Assembly (NCBI GenBank): GCA_002371895.1
Contig: DFHM01000009.1
Coordinates: forward strand, 39,271-103,270
Length of the DNA stretch: 64,000 nt
Origin: Candidatus Saccharibacteria bacterium UBA3723
GTDB lineage: Bacteria > Patescibacteriota > Saccharimonadia > Saccharimonadales > Saccharimonadaceae
Direction of reading: 5' to 3'
How positions within the stretch are numbered: the first letter of the stretch is position 1; each line of letters opens with the position of its first letter. The position numbers and the translations under genes are program-made. The notes beneath the pieces were generated by a model, which made no database searches, was not told the origin of the DNA, and worked only from the letters and a program-made list of their open reading frames with translations. Shown here in pieces: positions 48,211 through 57,253 of this stretch.

Positions 48211-49383
48211 CTATTCTTTTGCTACGGAAATAACCGTATTCGCTAAGTTCTCAGCTGCATTATCTTTCGAAAACTTCTTCAAGTTCTTCGAAATTTCATC
48301 GCGTTCTTCTGGATGATTGATTAAACGACGAATCGCCTTTAATAACAATTCTGGATCTTCATGCATCTTGTCGTCCGCAACAACCACGGCCGCATTCGCC
48401 TTCTCGTAGGCAGCAGCATTCTTTACTTGATGGTAGCCCGGAAGCTTTTCATTTGGCACCATAATTACCGCCTTCGCCATACTAGATAGCTCAGTCATCG
48501 TGGACGCGCCAGCGCGCGAAACCACAATATCAGCCGCGCCAAATAGCTTATACATCTCGGCAGAAAACTCAATAATACGAAAGTTCGTCTTCAACTCGCC
48601 TTCTTCCCAGACTTCGTAATCCTTCAAATCAAGCATTTCTGGATAGCGTTCGCGACCAGCAATTAACATCACGCTAGAAATCTTTAGTACCTGTGGCAAA
48701 ATTTCGCGCATTGCTTCGTTGATATGCTGCGCACCCTGCGAGCCGCCAGTCACGACAATCAACGGCTTCTTCTCATCAAAGCCAAGCTCTTTCTTTAATG
48801 CGCGCTGCTTCGCTTCCGTAACCGGACTAAATTCTTCGCTAATCGGAATGCCAGTCCATTCCGCACGTTCTTCTGGATAATTGTAATATTCGAGCGGCAT
48901 ACCAGTCGCAATCTTTGTCGCATGTTTTGCCAACACGCGATTCGTCAAACCTGGCGCCGCATCGCTGTCGTGGATCACGTATGGAATTCTAAGTAAGTGC
49001 GCCACTACACCGACTGGCAAACAAACGTATCCACCCTTCAAGAAAATTACATCTGGGCGGTTCGCAATCAAACGGAAGAAACTCTGAAATAGTCCGCCAA
49101 TCGTCTTAAAGAAATCAATAACATTCTTAATAACAACATCAAAGTTCTGCAAATAAGTGATAAAAGTAAAGTTTGTATAACGGCGCAACTTCCCCGCTAC
49201 GACCTTACGAATCTTAATATCAAGGCCATTTTCGATCGTAATTTTGCGTGCGTTTTTGTAATATTTTTTATCCGTCCAAAATTCAATCTTCGCTCTTGGA
49301 CGAACTTTTAGAATCTCACGAACGACCGCGACTACTGGAGTAACGTGTCCCCCGCTGCCCCCTCCTACTACTAGTATTTTCAT
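48211..49383 (-). CDS. murG: Lipid II GlcNAc transferase MurG
   Basis: Sequence KILVVGGGSGGHVTP...TGGSQGA. Confidence 0.92.
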   Translation of the reverse strand: MKILVVGGGSGGHVTPVVAVVREILKVRPRAKIEFWTDKKYYKNARKITIENGLDIKIRKVVAGKLRRYTNFTFITYLQNFDVVIKNVIDFFKTIGGLFQSFFRLIANRPDVIFLKGGYVCLPVGVVAHLLRIPYVIHDSDAAPGLTNRVLAKHATKIATGMPLEYYNYPEERAEWTGIPISEEFSPVTEAKQRALKKELGFDEKKPLIVVTGGSQGAQHINEAMREILPQVLKISSVMLIAGRERYPEMLDLKDYEVWEEGELKTNFRIIEFSAEMYKLFGAADIVVSRAGASTMTELSSMAKAVIMVPNEKLPGYHQVKNAAAYEKANAAVVVADDKMHEDPELLLKAIRRLINHPEERDEISKNLKKFSKDNAAENLANTVISVAKE

Positions 49384-50584
49384 TTTTCTCCTCTATCGCT
49401 TCCCTGGCGGTCCAGCCAGAAATTTGCAAAACGACACCGGTTGCATACGCTACGAACATCATACTTGTACCGCCGTAGCTCAGGAATGGCAACGTAATAC
49501 CCTTCATCGGCGTTACGCCCGTCATTCCACCTACATTGATTATAACATGGGCTATAATCCAGGCAAAAACCCCTATCACAAATAGGCGCTTATCTAGATC
49601 AACCGTGCGCTGTGATACGCTAATCATGCGCCAAAATAGCACAAAGAATGCAATTAGAATCGCCGATGCACCTACAAAGCCCCACGTCTCACAGATAATT
49701 GAGAAAATCGAGTCTGACAAGGCCTCTGGCAAATAACCCGTTGCCTGAATGCTGTTTCCAAGGCCGACCCCCAAAATACCACCCGTACCCATGCTAATCA
49801 ACGAGCTTTCCTGATGGTAAGAATTCTCATTCGTAATACGTTGGACGCGATAATCTGCGCCAAAAATCAAAATCGCTGCGATAATCCCACCAACTAGCAA
49901 TATCGCCAAAAGATCCTTGAGCGGCATCTTGCCAATCCAAAGCATTGCAAGCGACATCGTTGCAATTACTACCGTGCTACCAAAGTCGCTCTCCCACCAG
50001 CCAACTAGCACCACAACGGCCAACATCAAAAGCGCAAACGGCAAAACAAAGCGCATATTAAACATTGATGGTATCGCCTTTATTCCCCGCTCTTTTAGCT
50101 CATTCCAGTCAAAATCCGAATTAAAAATCGTGAGTTCTTTCTTCTCTTTGCGATCTTTAATTAACCACGACAAATAAAACAAAATTGCAACCTTCAAAAT
50201 CTCGGACGGCATAAAGCCAATTCCAATACCAGGAATACGCAAAGCACGACACGCACCCTTATCGCAGGTCACAAGCGCATCTACGTGCAGCATCGCCAAT
50301 ATCTTCACCAACAAACAAAGGCCGGCGCTAATGAATACCAGGGTTTTTGCATATTTGCCAACCTTCTCGTACTTAACGAGATATCCTGCCACAATCGCAG
50401 CGACAGACATCGCTACTGCAAACACGTGACGAATTAAGAAATATGTATCGCCATACTCTGTACCGTATTGCGAATTAAGCGCCTGCGCAACGCGTGGCCC
50501 AATCGCATAAACGATAATCAGACTCGCGCTCATCAGCGCTAAGACAATTAATGCTATCGCGAAATCTGGTCGATGCTTCCTCAT
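49316..50584 (-). CDS. ftsW: SEDS-family peptidoglycan polymerase FtsW/RodA
   Basis: Polytopic, with PSEILK...LPFLSYGGTSM. I took the start at ATG 50584, which overlaps the mraY stop (TAATG). Confidence 0.88.
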   Translation of the reverse strand: MRKHRPDFAIALIVLALMSASLIIVYAIGPRVAQALNSQYGTEYGDTYFLIRHVFAVAMSVAAIVAGYLVKYEKVGKYAKTLVFISAGLCLLVKILAMLHVDALVTCDKGACRALRIPGIGIGFMPSEILKVAILFYLSWLIKDRKEKKELTIFNSDFDWNELKERGIKAIPSMFNMRFVLPFALLMLAVVVLVGWWESDFGSTVVIATMSLAMLWIGKMPLKDLLAILLVGGIIAAILIFGADYRVQRITNENSYHQESSLISMGTGGILGVGLGNSIQATGYLPEALSDSIFSIICETWGFVGASAILIAFFVLFWRMISVSQRTVDLDKRLFVIGVFAWIIAHVIINVGGMTGVTPMKGITLPFLSYGGTSMMFVAYATGVVLQISGWTAREAIEEKNENTSSRRGQRGTRYSSSRGRS

Positions 50585-51615
50585 TAGCGAATAATACCCC
50601 CACCCATTGCCAAGAAGATGCCAAGCATCGCCGTAATGCCGCCAATAATCCAAAAGCGCATTACAACTTTACTCTCTTCCCACCCCATCGCTTGCAAGTG
50701 ATGGTGAAGCGGCGCAGAAATAAAAATCTTTTTATGGAAGAACTTCTTCCAAATGATCTGAATCAACGAACTACCAGCCTCAATAACAAACAAGAAGCCA
50801 ATGATTGGCAGTAGCAAGAACGAATTCGTCATCATCGCGACCACGCCAAGACCCGCGCCAAGTGCAAACGAACCCGTATCACCCATCATAAAGCGTGCTG
50901 GATAAACATTAAACCAAATGTAAGCCAAAAGTGCGCCCAGTACGATAAAGCAGAAACCTGCCAAATACCATTGCTCTTGTAGTAACGCAATAACGCCATA
51001 GGAGCCATAAGCAAGCATCGATAAGCCGCCCGCAAGACCGTCTAGGCCATCAGAAATATTCACAGCATTACCGGTTGCCACGACAGCAAACGCAAATAGC
51101 AAAATCATGCCAAGCATACCGATTTCTATCGGCCCAAAGAATGGCACCATTACCGCCGTCCAACCAAGCTTATAAGCAAAGAACCAACCCAGGAACAAGC
51201 CTAGCGCCGAGATCATCGCAAACTTCACCGGGGCACGTAAACCTGCCGCTGCATTCTTGCCAAATAAATTCAATAAATCATCGATAAAACCAATCGCGCC
51301 ACCGCCAACAAATGCCGCAATCGGAAGCCAAGTTTGGCCACGATTTAGACAGTTGGTTGCAATCAAAACTACTGGGACAGTCACGAGCATAATTACGCCC
51401 GCCATCGTTGGAAAATGACGCTTAATTTTATCCCTGTGTAGCTTATTCATTACGGTCAATTCTTTACCCGTCACATCTACACTCTTTTGACGCTTCCATA
51501 ATTTGTGCTTGTATGCAAAATTCGTATAAATCGGCGTCAAAAACATCGCCATCAAAAATGAACCAAGTGCCAAGATCAGCTCGAAGCCCATATTAGAATT
51601 TATGTCGTTAAGCAT
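50584..51615 (-). CDS. mraY: Phospho-N-acetylmuramoyl-pentapeptide transferase
   Basis: Sequence NAVNISDGLDGLAGG...MGDTGSFALG...APLHHH. Confidence 0.95.
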   Translation of the reverse strand: MLNDINSNMGFELILALGSFLMAMFLTPIYTNFAYKHKLWKRQKSVDVTGKELTVMNKLHRDKIKRHFPTMAGVIMLVTVPVVLIATNCLNRGQTWLPIAAFVGGGAIGFIDDLLNLFGKNAAAGLRAPVKFAMISALGLFLGWFFAYKLGWTAVMVPFFGPIEIGMLGMILLFAFAVVATGNAVNISDGLDGLAGGLSMLAYGSYGVIALLQEQWYLAGFCFIVLGALLAYIWFNVYPARFMMGDTGSFALGAGLGVVAMMTNSFLLLPIIGFLFVIEAGSSLIQIIWKKFFHKKIFISAPLHHHLQAMGWEESKVVMRFWIIGGITAMLGIFLAMGGGIIR

Positions 51616-51625
51616 TTTTTCCTTT

Positions 51626-53386
51626 CTAGTTTACCGGTTCAATTCTTAAATATTCCAACATATAGTTGCTGATTTCCGTGAAGATTGGCACGGCGTTCGA
51701 AACGCCCCACAACAATGTATTACCATCTACACGAACTAAAATTACATATTCCGGCATTGCGCCTTCTTTGGCGGAACCACCGAAACCGACGGCGCCTACT
51801 ACGGTCTTATTTGAAGTGTATTTGCCACTTTCATCATAAGTTTCCGCGGTGCCAGTCTTTACTCCTATATTATACCCCGGTTTATCCGCTTTGCCGCCAT
51901 TTACACTGCGAACCTCCTGCAACATTCCGCGCATAATAGAGCTCGTCAACGGTGTCACGGTATCACGCACAGAAGCCGGCTCGTCATCCTCATAAAATGT
52001 ACCGTTTTTCATCGTGCCCGCAACGATTGTCGGCTTATAGTACTTTCCACCGTTAATAACCGAAGAAAAGCCCGCCGCAACCTGTACCATCGTAAGGCTC
52101 ATACCCTGGCCGAAAGTCATGTTTGCATAACGCACAGCATTACCTTCATCTTCTTGTGGGCTATAAATCTTCCCTGTTGCTTCATATAGTTGCACGCCCG
52201 TCGTATGGCCAAGCCCAAAACGATTATAAAGATAGTCATACATTGTCGTGCGCGCAGTTTTCGGGATATTTTCGCCACCGATTGAGCGTAGAGCCTGAAT
52301 ACTACCAGTATTCAAAGAATGGTCCAGCGCTTCACGAAAAGTTCTCTTCCCGACCTGATTTTCTGTACCGGTCGCATTCTTCATAATGCGGTCACCAACC
52401 TTCGTGTAGCCATAGTTGTAATAGCTATCATCCGGGTCAAGCTTGCCTTCATTTATCGCCATCGCATAAGTAAATGGCTTACACACCGACGCCGGTTCAT
52501 ACGCAGACTCCGTCGTACGATTTGTAAATAATGATGCGTCCGTAACTTTGTAATATTCCGCCGGATCAAAAGTTGGATAGTTTGCCATTGCCCAAATTTT
52601 GCCGCTATTTGGATCCATCACTAATGCGCTCGCGCTCTTCGCCGCGCCGTTGCTTCTATCGACAGAATTCTTTAATACCCTCTCGACTTTACGCTGAATA
52701 TTTTCATCCAAAGTAAGCACAATATCTTCGCCATCCTGAGCCGGAATCTCTACATTGTCGTCACCAATCGAAAGCGGCACCGAATTCACGTCTGTCACAG
52801 TCTTAAGCATACCGTTTTTACCCGTCAAGCGTGAGTTCAATGACCCTTCGACACCGGAACCAACCCCCTCAGCATTCACGAAACCAACCACCTGGGCGGC
52901 CAAACTGCCTGCCGGATATACGCGACGCGAAGTCTCCTTGCGTCCAACACCCTTCAGGTTCGCATCCTTGATCTTCACGACCGTATCGTAGTTTACATTC
53001 TTCGCCACTTCGACGTACATATTCTTCATATTTGACCAAACTTTTTCCCAACTCGTAATCATCTGGTCGCCAAGAATTTCCTGAAGTTCTACTTGCACTT
53101 TGTTTTTATCGTCAACGTAGCTCGGGTCCACAAAAATCGTCCACGTGCGCTCATTCATCACAAGTGGCGTCGTTTCCTTATTGATGCCACTCATCATATA
53201 AATTTCGCCGCGTTTCGCAATCAGCTCACGCTGCTTAATACGCATCGAGTTCGCCTCCGACACATATTTGTCGTGATTAATAATCTGAATAAAGAATAAT
53301 CGAGCCACAAAAACCGTCAAAACCGCAATCGGCACAAGTCTCAACAAAATATATCGCGTGCTTTGCTTCAGCTCGATATTAGGCAT
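51626..53386 (-). CDS. Class B penicillin-binding protein (FtsI/PBP2-type transpeptidase)
   Basis: N-terminal TM, dimerisation domain, SVCKP (SxxK) and KTGTA motifs. Confidence 0.9.
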   Translation of the reverse strand: MPNIELKQSTRYILLRLVPIAVLTVFVARLFFIQIINHDKYVSEANSMRIKQRELIAKRGEIYMMSGINKETTPLVMNERTWTIFVDPSYVDDKNKVQVELQEILGDQMITSWEKVWSNMKNMYVEVAKNVNYDTVVKIKDANLKGVGRKETSRRVYPAGSLAAQVVGFVNAEGVGSGVEGSLNSRLTGKNGMLKTVTDVNSVPLSIGDDNVEIPAQDGEDIVLTLDENIQRKVERVLKNSVDRSNGAAKSASALVMDPNSGKIWAMANYPTFDPAEYYKVTDASLFTNRTTESAYEPASVCKPFTYAMAINEGKLDPDDSYYNYGYTKVGDRIMKNATGTENQVGKRTFREALDHSLNTGSIQALRSIGGENIPKTARTTMYDYLYNRFGLGHTTGVQLYEATGKIYSPQEDEGNAVRYANMTFGQGMSLTMVQVAAGFSSVINGGKYYKPTIVAGTMKNGTFYEDDEPASVRDTVTPLTSSIMRGMLQEVRSVNGGKADKPGYNIGVKTGTAETYDESGKYTSNKTVVGAVGFGGSAKEGAMPEYVILVRVDGNTLLWGVSNAVPIFTEISNYMLEYLRIEPVN

Positions 53387-53398
53387 ATGTTTATTATA

Positions 53399-53776
53399 CT
53401 ATTCCTTGACAAAATCTGCCGCAGTCGCATTTACCATTGTTGAGGCAACTTCGTTGCGCTCCTCGTCTGCTGCAGCGGCGGTAATTTTCGCATTTTCCAC
53501 AATTAGCGCATCGCGTTGCGCTTCTAGATTCGCAATTTCAGTATCAGTCCCTGCGATTGCCACATCATAATCTGTGACTTTTGCGCTTTGGGACAAGAAA
53601 ATCAAGCCAACAAGTAACACAATCAAAACTACCGTAATTGTGTGACTAACTGGCCCCAGCGTAACTTTAGGCGTATGACGAACCGCATTATGATTCCTCG
53701 CCCAGGTACTAGAAGAAGACGCTCCTCGCGTTGAATACGTTCCCCTACTGGCATAATTTGTTCTATATGCTGGCAT
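53399..53776 (-). CDS. FtsL-like bitopic division protein candidate
   Basis: The position is between rsmH and ftsI. It has one TM (VVLIVLLVGLIFL) followed by a coiled-coil-like segment. Confidence 0.5.
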   Translation of the reverse strand: MPAYRTNYASRGTYSTRGASSSSTWARNHNAVRHTPKVTLGPVSHTITVVLIVLLVGLIFLSQSAKVTDYDVAIAGTDTEIANLEAQRDALIVENAKITAAAADEERNEVASTMVNATAADFVKE

Positions 53777-54188
53777 TCATTTGTTCCGTTTTTGTTTTAT
53801 ATTCCACACTCTTGTTTTCCACACACATTTCCCCCTAGGATCAAGGCTTGGCGGTAGCTGGACGACAAGAGATAAACGTCCAGCTCCTACCAAGAAGGTC
53901 AAATATTTTTTTACACACTCCGCAAAAACTTCACCTATTCGATGGTACCCCCGGTCAAGAGGGGCATGTAGGTTTTGTGTTTTGCTTCAAAAAGATTGTT
54001 TTTATCGGTCAAAATAAAAATCAATATGAAGGTCTAATAGTTGGAGTGTATTATTTAGCGAAAGTTTACTTTCACTTGCTGAGCGCGGGACCTGTTGGTC
54101 ACGATGATCTTTGCCATATTGTGGCTCCTTTTTTGTTTTTATGTTTTATCGATAGCGCCTTCCCTGCAAGCTAGCGGCGCCATCAAGA

Positions 54189-55064
54189 TTAAATCTTCTC
54201 GGCCACCCTCAGCTTTGCGCTTCGTGCGCGTGGGTTGTTAACATTCTCAGATTCGTCCGCAACAATCGGTTTCTTTGTGATAATGCGTAGACTCGACTCG
54301 ATACCTTTGCTACTTTCGTCCTTGAAAAATTCCTTGACGAGTCGATCCTCAAGACTATGGAAAGATATAATTGCTACTCTACCACCCGGTTTTAGCAACT
54401 TTGGAATCAATGGCAACGTTCGCTCGATAATACCGAGTTCGTCGTTCACGACGATCCTGATTGCCTGAAATATCCGCGTTGCTGGGTGCGTATGAGAATA
54501 AGGCGATTTTAACTTTATCAAATCGGCGAGCTCAGTAGTTGTGTTGATAGGCCGATGAGTGCAGATTTCTCGGGCTAGCAATTCAGCACGACCACGACGC
54601 TCCTCTGCATATTTCTCAAAAATCTCCGCAAGTTTTCGTTCGCTCCACTTATTTACAATTGTCCATGCGTCCAAATCCTGCGACTCGTCCATTCGCATAT
54701 CGAGTCTTGCTTCTTTCGCAAACGAAAAACCTCTTTCCGTAATATCTAGTTGCGGTGAAGAAACGCCAAAGTCAGCCAGAATCATATCGAAGCTATTTCC
54801 ACTCTCCACTAACCGTAGCGCCGTACTATAAAAATCGTCATGCATCAAATTCGGCTTCACCTCTTGGTACTTCGCACTTAAGAAATCGATTGCATTCTGA
54901 TCACGGTCATTAAGGACCGCACCATTATAATTCCGCGTTACTTCCAAAATTTTATCAGCGTGCCCACCATATCCCGCCGTGAGGTCTAAATATGTTTCAC
55001 CTCCCTGCGGCTGCAGATACTCTAAAACACTCGATAATAATACTGGAATATGAACTTCATTCAT
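54189..55064 (-). CDS. rsmH: 16S rRNA m4C1402 methyltransferase RsmH
   Basis: Sequence HIPVLL...YLDLTAGYGGH...DFGVSSPQLD...SFHSLEDR. Confidence 0.93.
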   Translation of the reverse strand: MNEVHIPVLLSSVLEYLQPQGGETYLDLTAGYGGHADKILEVTRNYNGAVLNDRDQNAIDFLSAKYQEVKPNLMHDDFYSTALRLVESGNSFDMILADFGVSSPQLDITERGFSFAKEARLDMRMDESQDLDAWTIVNKWSERKLAEIFEKYAEERRGRAELLAREICTHRPINTTTELADLIKLKSPYSHTHPATRIFQAIRIVVNDELGIIERTLPLIPKLLKPGGRVAIISFHSLEDRLVKEFFKDESSKGIESSLRIITKKPIVADESENVNNPRARSAKLRVAEKI

Positions 55065-55079
55065 TTCTTCATTATATCT

Positions 55080-55095
55080 TGTTCGAATCCGAACA
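55080..55095. promoter_or_regulatory. Perfect palindrome TGTTCG-AATC-CGAACA adjoining the rsmH -10
   Basis: It sits 3 nt upstream of the TATAAT at 55071-55076, which is itself 6 nt from the rsmH ATG. Confidence 0.4.
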
Positions 55096-55727
55096 TCTAG
55101 AAATTTTAGGTGTTTGTGTTTTTTAGTGTTTATTTCGTCCTTAACACATTTAAGAAACTATAACTTATTTCCAGCGTATAGCCGGCTCATCATTATAGCG
55201 TTGAGAGACTTAATTTGTGTGAGGTGGAGTTATATGTTTGGGAGGTGTGTATTTCATGAATGTACTGGGCGGATTCGGTTTCGCGTGTCCTAAACGCGCC
55301 CAAAACTCCTAGATGACCGGATTCGAACGATGTCAATGTACTATTAAAAATAAGACCAGTTAGCGCTTTACTAGGGTAACGATCTGATAACTGCGCGATT
55401 GGTCCTTGATTTCGATCTTCTTTTTCATGTGATGATTTTCCAATCGTCCTTCTGGTTTTACTTTATGTTTGTTTCGTGGTTTTTATTTTGTTTCCACTTG
55501 TCCTTAGTTTAAGCAAGTTTTCATGGATTTGCAAGACCCATTTTTACAAAGTTTTCCACAGTTTGGTGCAAAAATAATAATTTTAACAGGGGTAAAACCG
55601 AACAAAAAATTATTCCGATCATGGTTTTTCCACGATTGCTTTTCTGTTCGTTTCATGTTTTAAAAACCGAACATCGTACCCCTTGCATTTTTCGCATTTT
55701 ATTTTAAAACCACGCCCCTACCCCACC

Positions 55728-55756
55728 TTGACAAAACATCACGTTTATGCTAATAT
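55728..55756 (+). promoter_or_regulatory. Sigma70-like promoter
   Basis: TTGACA, a 17-nt spacer, then TAATAT, preceded directly by CCCCTACCCC. Confidence 0.65.
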
Positions 55757-55845
55757 ATAAACATCCGAGTGGAGTCCCGGATTTTTTCCAAGTCCCCTGC
55801 TCCGCTCCTAGCACATTCACCATATACTTGAGGAGGTCATACCCT

Positions 55846-56022
55846 ATGTCCAAGAAAACCAATCCGCAACCCGTAAACCACGCAGCTCCGTCCTCCGACG
55901 AGCACCGCGAGTGCGAATACTGCGGCACCATCTATCCCACGGCCTACTACGACCGCTGCCCTGGCTGCAGCCGCAAGAGCCGCAAAGACCGCATTTTCGC
56001 CAACAACCCCTTCTCCAAGTAA
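55846..56022 (+). CDS. Small zinc-ribbon-like protein (58 aa)
   Basis: SD GAGGAGG lies 9 nt upstream. Contains CEYCG...CPGC. It is GC-rich and has its own terminator. Confidence 0.55.
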   Translation: MSKKTNPQPVNHAAPSSDEHRECEYCGTIYPTAYYDRCPGCSRKSRKDRIFANNPFSK

Positions 56023-56032
56023 CCATGAAAAA

Positions 56033-56066
56033 TCCCCCGACCATCGCGGCCGGGGGAATGTTTTTT
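56033..56066 (+). terminator. Intrinsic terminator
   Basis: Stem TCCCCCG/CGGGGGA followed by TTTTTT. Confidence 0.65.
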
Positions 56067-56080
56067 GTGTTGCTATAACA

Positions 56081-56644
56081 CTAGTTAATATCTAGCGACA
56101 CGAAGGCCTTATGAATAAGAATATCCAGTACGAGATATCGCTTATCTACCGGCGGGCGCTCCTCTGGATCTTCCCATGCAGACAAATCCACATCAAAGTC
56201 CTCACAGTAATCACCGCGGAAATGTCCAATACCTTTTTCGTCGATTTCCGCAAGTCGCCCGATTTTTGCCGCGTTAAAGATTTCGATAACTTCCGTAAAG
56301 ACAAAATCCACAAAGAGGCCGACAATCGCGCCGATTTTTATCGCAAGTCCGGAGAATACCCAGAGCTTATATCTGAACGGTACCACTAACAGGACTAGCA
56401 GAATAACCGCTATAAAATATAGTCCTGTCAGAAATATGCGCACAGACCGCTCGGCGTTGATCGCTTCCCAGTTTTTGTCCTTAAAGAATCCGCGACCATT
56501 CTCCATCAGATAACTTTCCGCCACCCACATCGAGGCAGAATAGATTCTTTCGGCGATAAAAACCTCAAAGATAAAATCAGACAATCTGTACAGGACATAT
56601 CCGACAATCGCCATAGCAACAATGAAGCAAAAAGTACTAAGCAT
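56081..56644 (-). CDS. Hypothetical polytopic membrane protein (187 aa), last gene of the sipW cluster
   Basis: Four or so TM segments. It lies on the same strand 84 bp after sipW. Confidence 0.55.
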   Translation of the reverse strand: MLSTFCFIVAMAIVGYVLYRLSDFIFEVFIAERIYSASMWVAESYLMENGRGFFKDKNWEAINAERSVRIFLTGLYFIAVILLVLLVVPFRYKLWVFSGLAIKIGAIVGLFVDFVFTEVIEIFNAAKIGRLAEIDEKGIGHFRGDYCEDFDVDLSAWEDPEERPPVDKRYLVLDILIHKAFVSLDIN

Positions 56645-56728
56645 GTTATTCCACCCCTTTCGAAAAGTATTTGCCTCTGCGTTTTATTCTTTCATAAAAC
56701 GACGGCAAAACGCAATCATAAGCACGTA

Positions 56729-57253
56729 TTATTCGTCAGATTCCGGTTCGTCTTGAGTCTCGATTTCGACCCTAGCCGGCTGCTTCTTTTTGTCGTCATC
56801 ACGCCCAGTCGCAAGACTTGCGATAATCAGTGCCAAAACCACAATTCCAGAAATAATTTTACCCTGCGTCGATTGGATAAACTCCACAATGAATCCCAGC
56901 TTTGGTAGTACAAATACGTCTTTTCCGATTAACATATCGGCCGTAACATACCCGCCGTCCTCAACCTCATTCGCGTCGCCCTTGGTTACAATCTTGTCGT
57001 CTTCGATTTTAAAAACGCGATGCGTCACCATAAGGTCCGCTTTGCGAAAGCTAATCACATCGTCGGCCCTCAATTCGTCAAACTTCGCATTCTGATTCAC
57101 AAAAACAATACTGCCAACACTTATTTCTGGCTCCATTGACCCAGAAAGCACAACGTATGGACGAATCCCAATCGCAAACAGTGCCAAAAACAGCGCACCA
57201 AAGCCAATCAGGACAAAAATAATCGCATTAATAATTTTGTTCAACACCGACAT
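56729..57253 (-). CDS. sipW: Signal peptidase I, SipW (archaeal/ER) type
   Basis: Sequence VVLSGSMEPEISVGSIVFV...MVTHRV, short (174 aa), with a C-terminal TM. Confidence 0.85.
   Translation of the reverse strand: MSVLNKIINAIIFVLIGFGALFLALFAIGIRPYVVLSGSMEPEISVGSIVFVNQNAKFDELRADDVISFRKADLMVTHRVFKIEDDKIVTKGDANEVEDGGYVTADMLIGKDVFVLPKLGFIVEFIQSTQGKIISGIVVLALIIASLATGRDDDKKKQPARVEIETQDEPESDE

Noticed and set aside
53800-55640. DnaA-box-like TT(T/A)TCCAC(A/G) strings suggesting an oriC. They occur at 53801 and 53814 (both ending in A), 55552 (ending in A) and 55627 (ending in G), with weaker matches at 55492 and 44666.
   Set aside because: Only one-mismatch matches occur. TTCCAC is common in coding sequence here. 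There is no dnaA or dnaN nearby and no clear AT-rich unwinding element with clustered, oppositely oriented boxes. Cumulative GC skew cannot be computed by eye. I kept it only as a note inside the findings.
55504-55656. 50-codon minus-strand ORF MKRTEKQSWKNHDRNNFLFGFTPVKIIIFAPNCGKLCKNGSCKSMKTCLN (Cys-rich, bacteriocin-like look)
   Set aside because: It has no SD, no convincing -10 at leaderless distance, and lies in AT-rich repeat-laden DNA where such frames arise by chance. It needs Ribo-seq or conservation before it can be called.
55065-55700. Decayed mraZ pseudogene upstream of rsmH
   Set aside because: Reading the minus strand in all three frames, I saw frequent stops and nothing resembling the duplicated SpoVT/AbrB DxxGR motifs of MraZ. 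A sensitive tblastn could still find traces.
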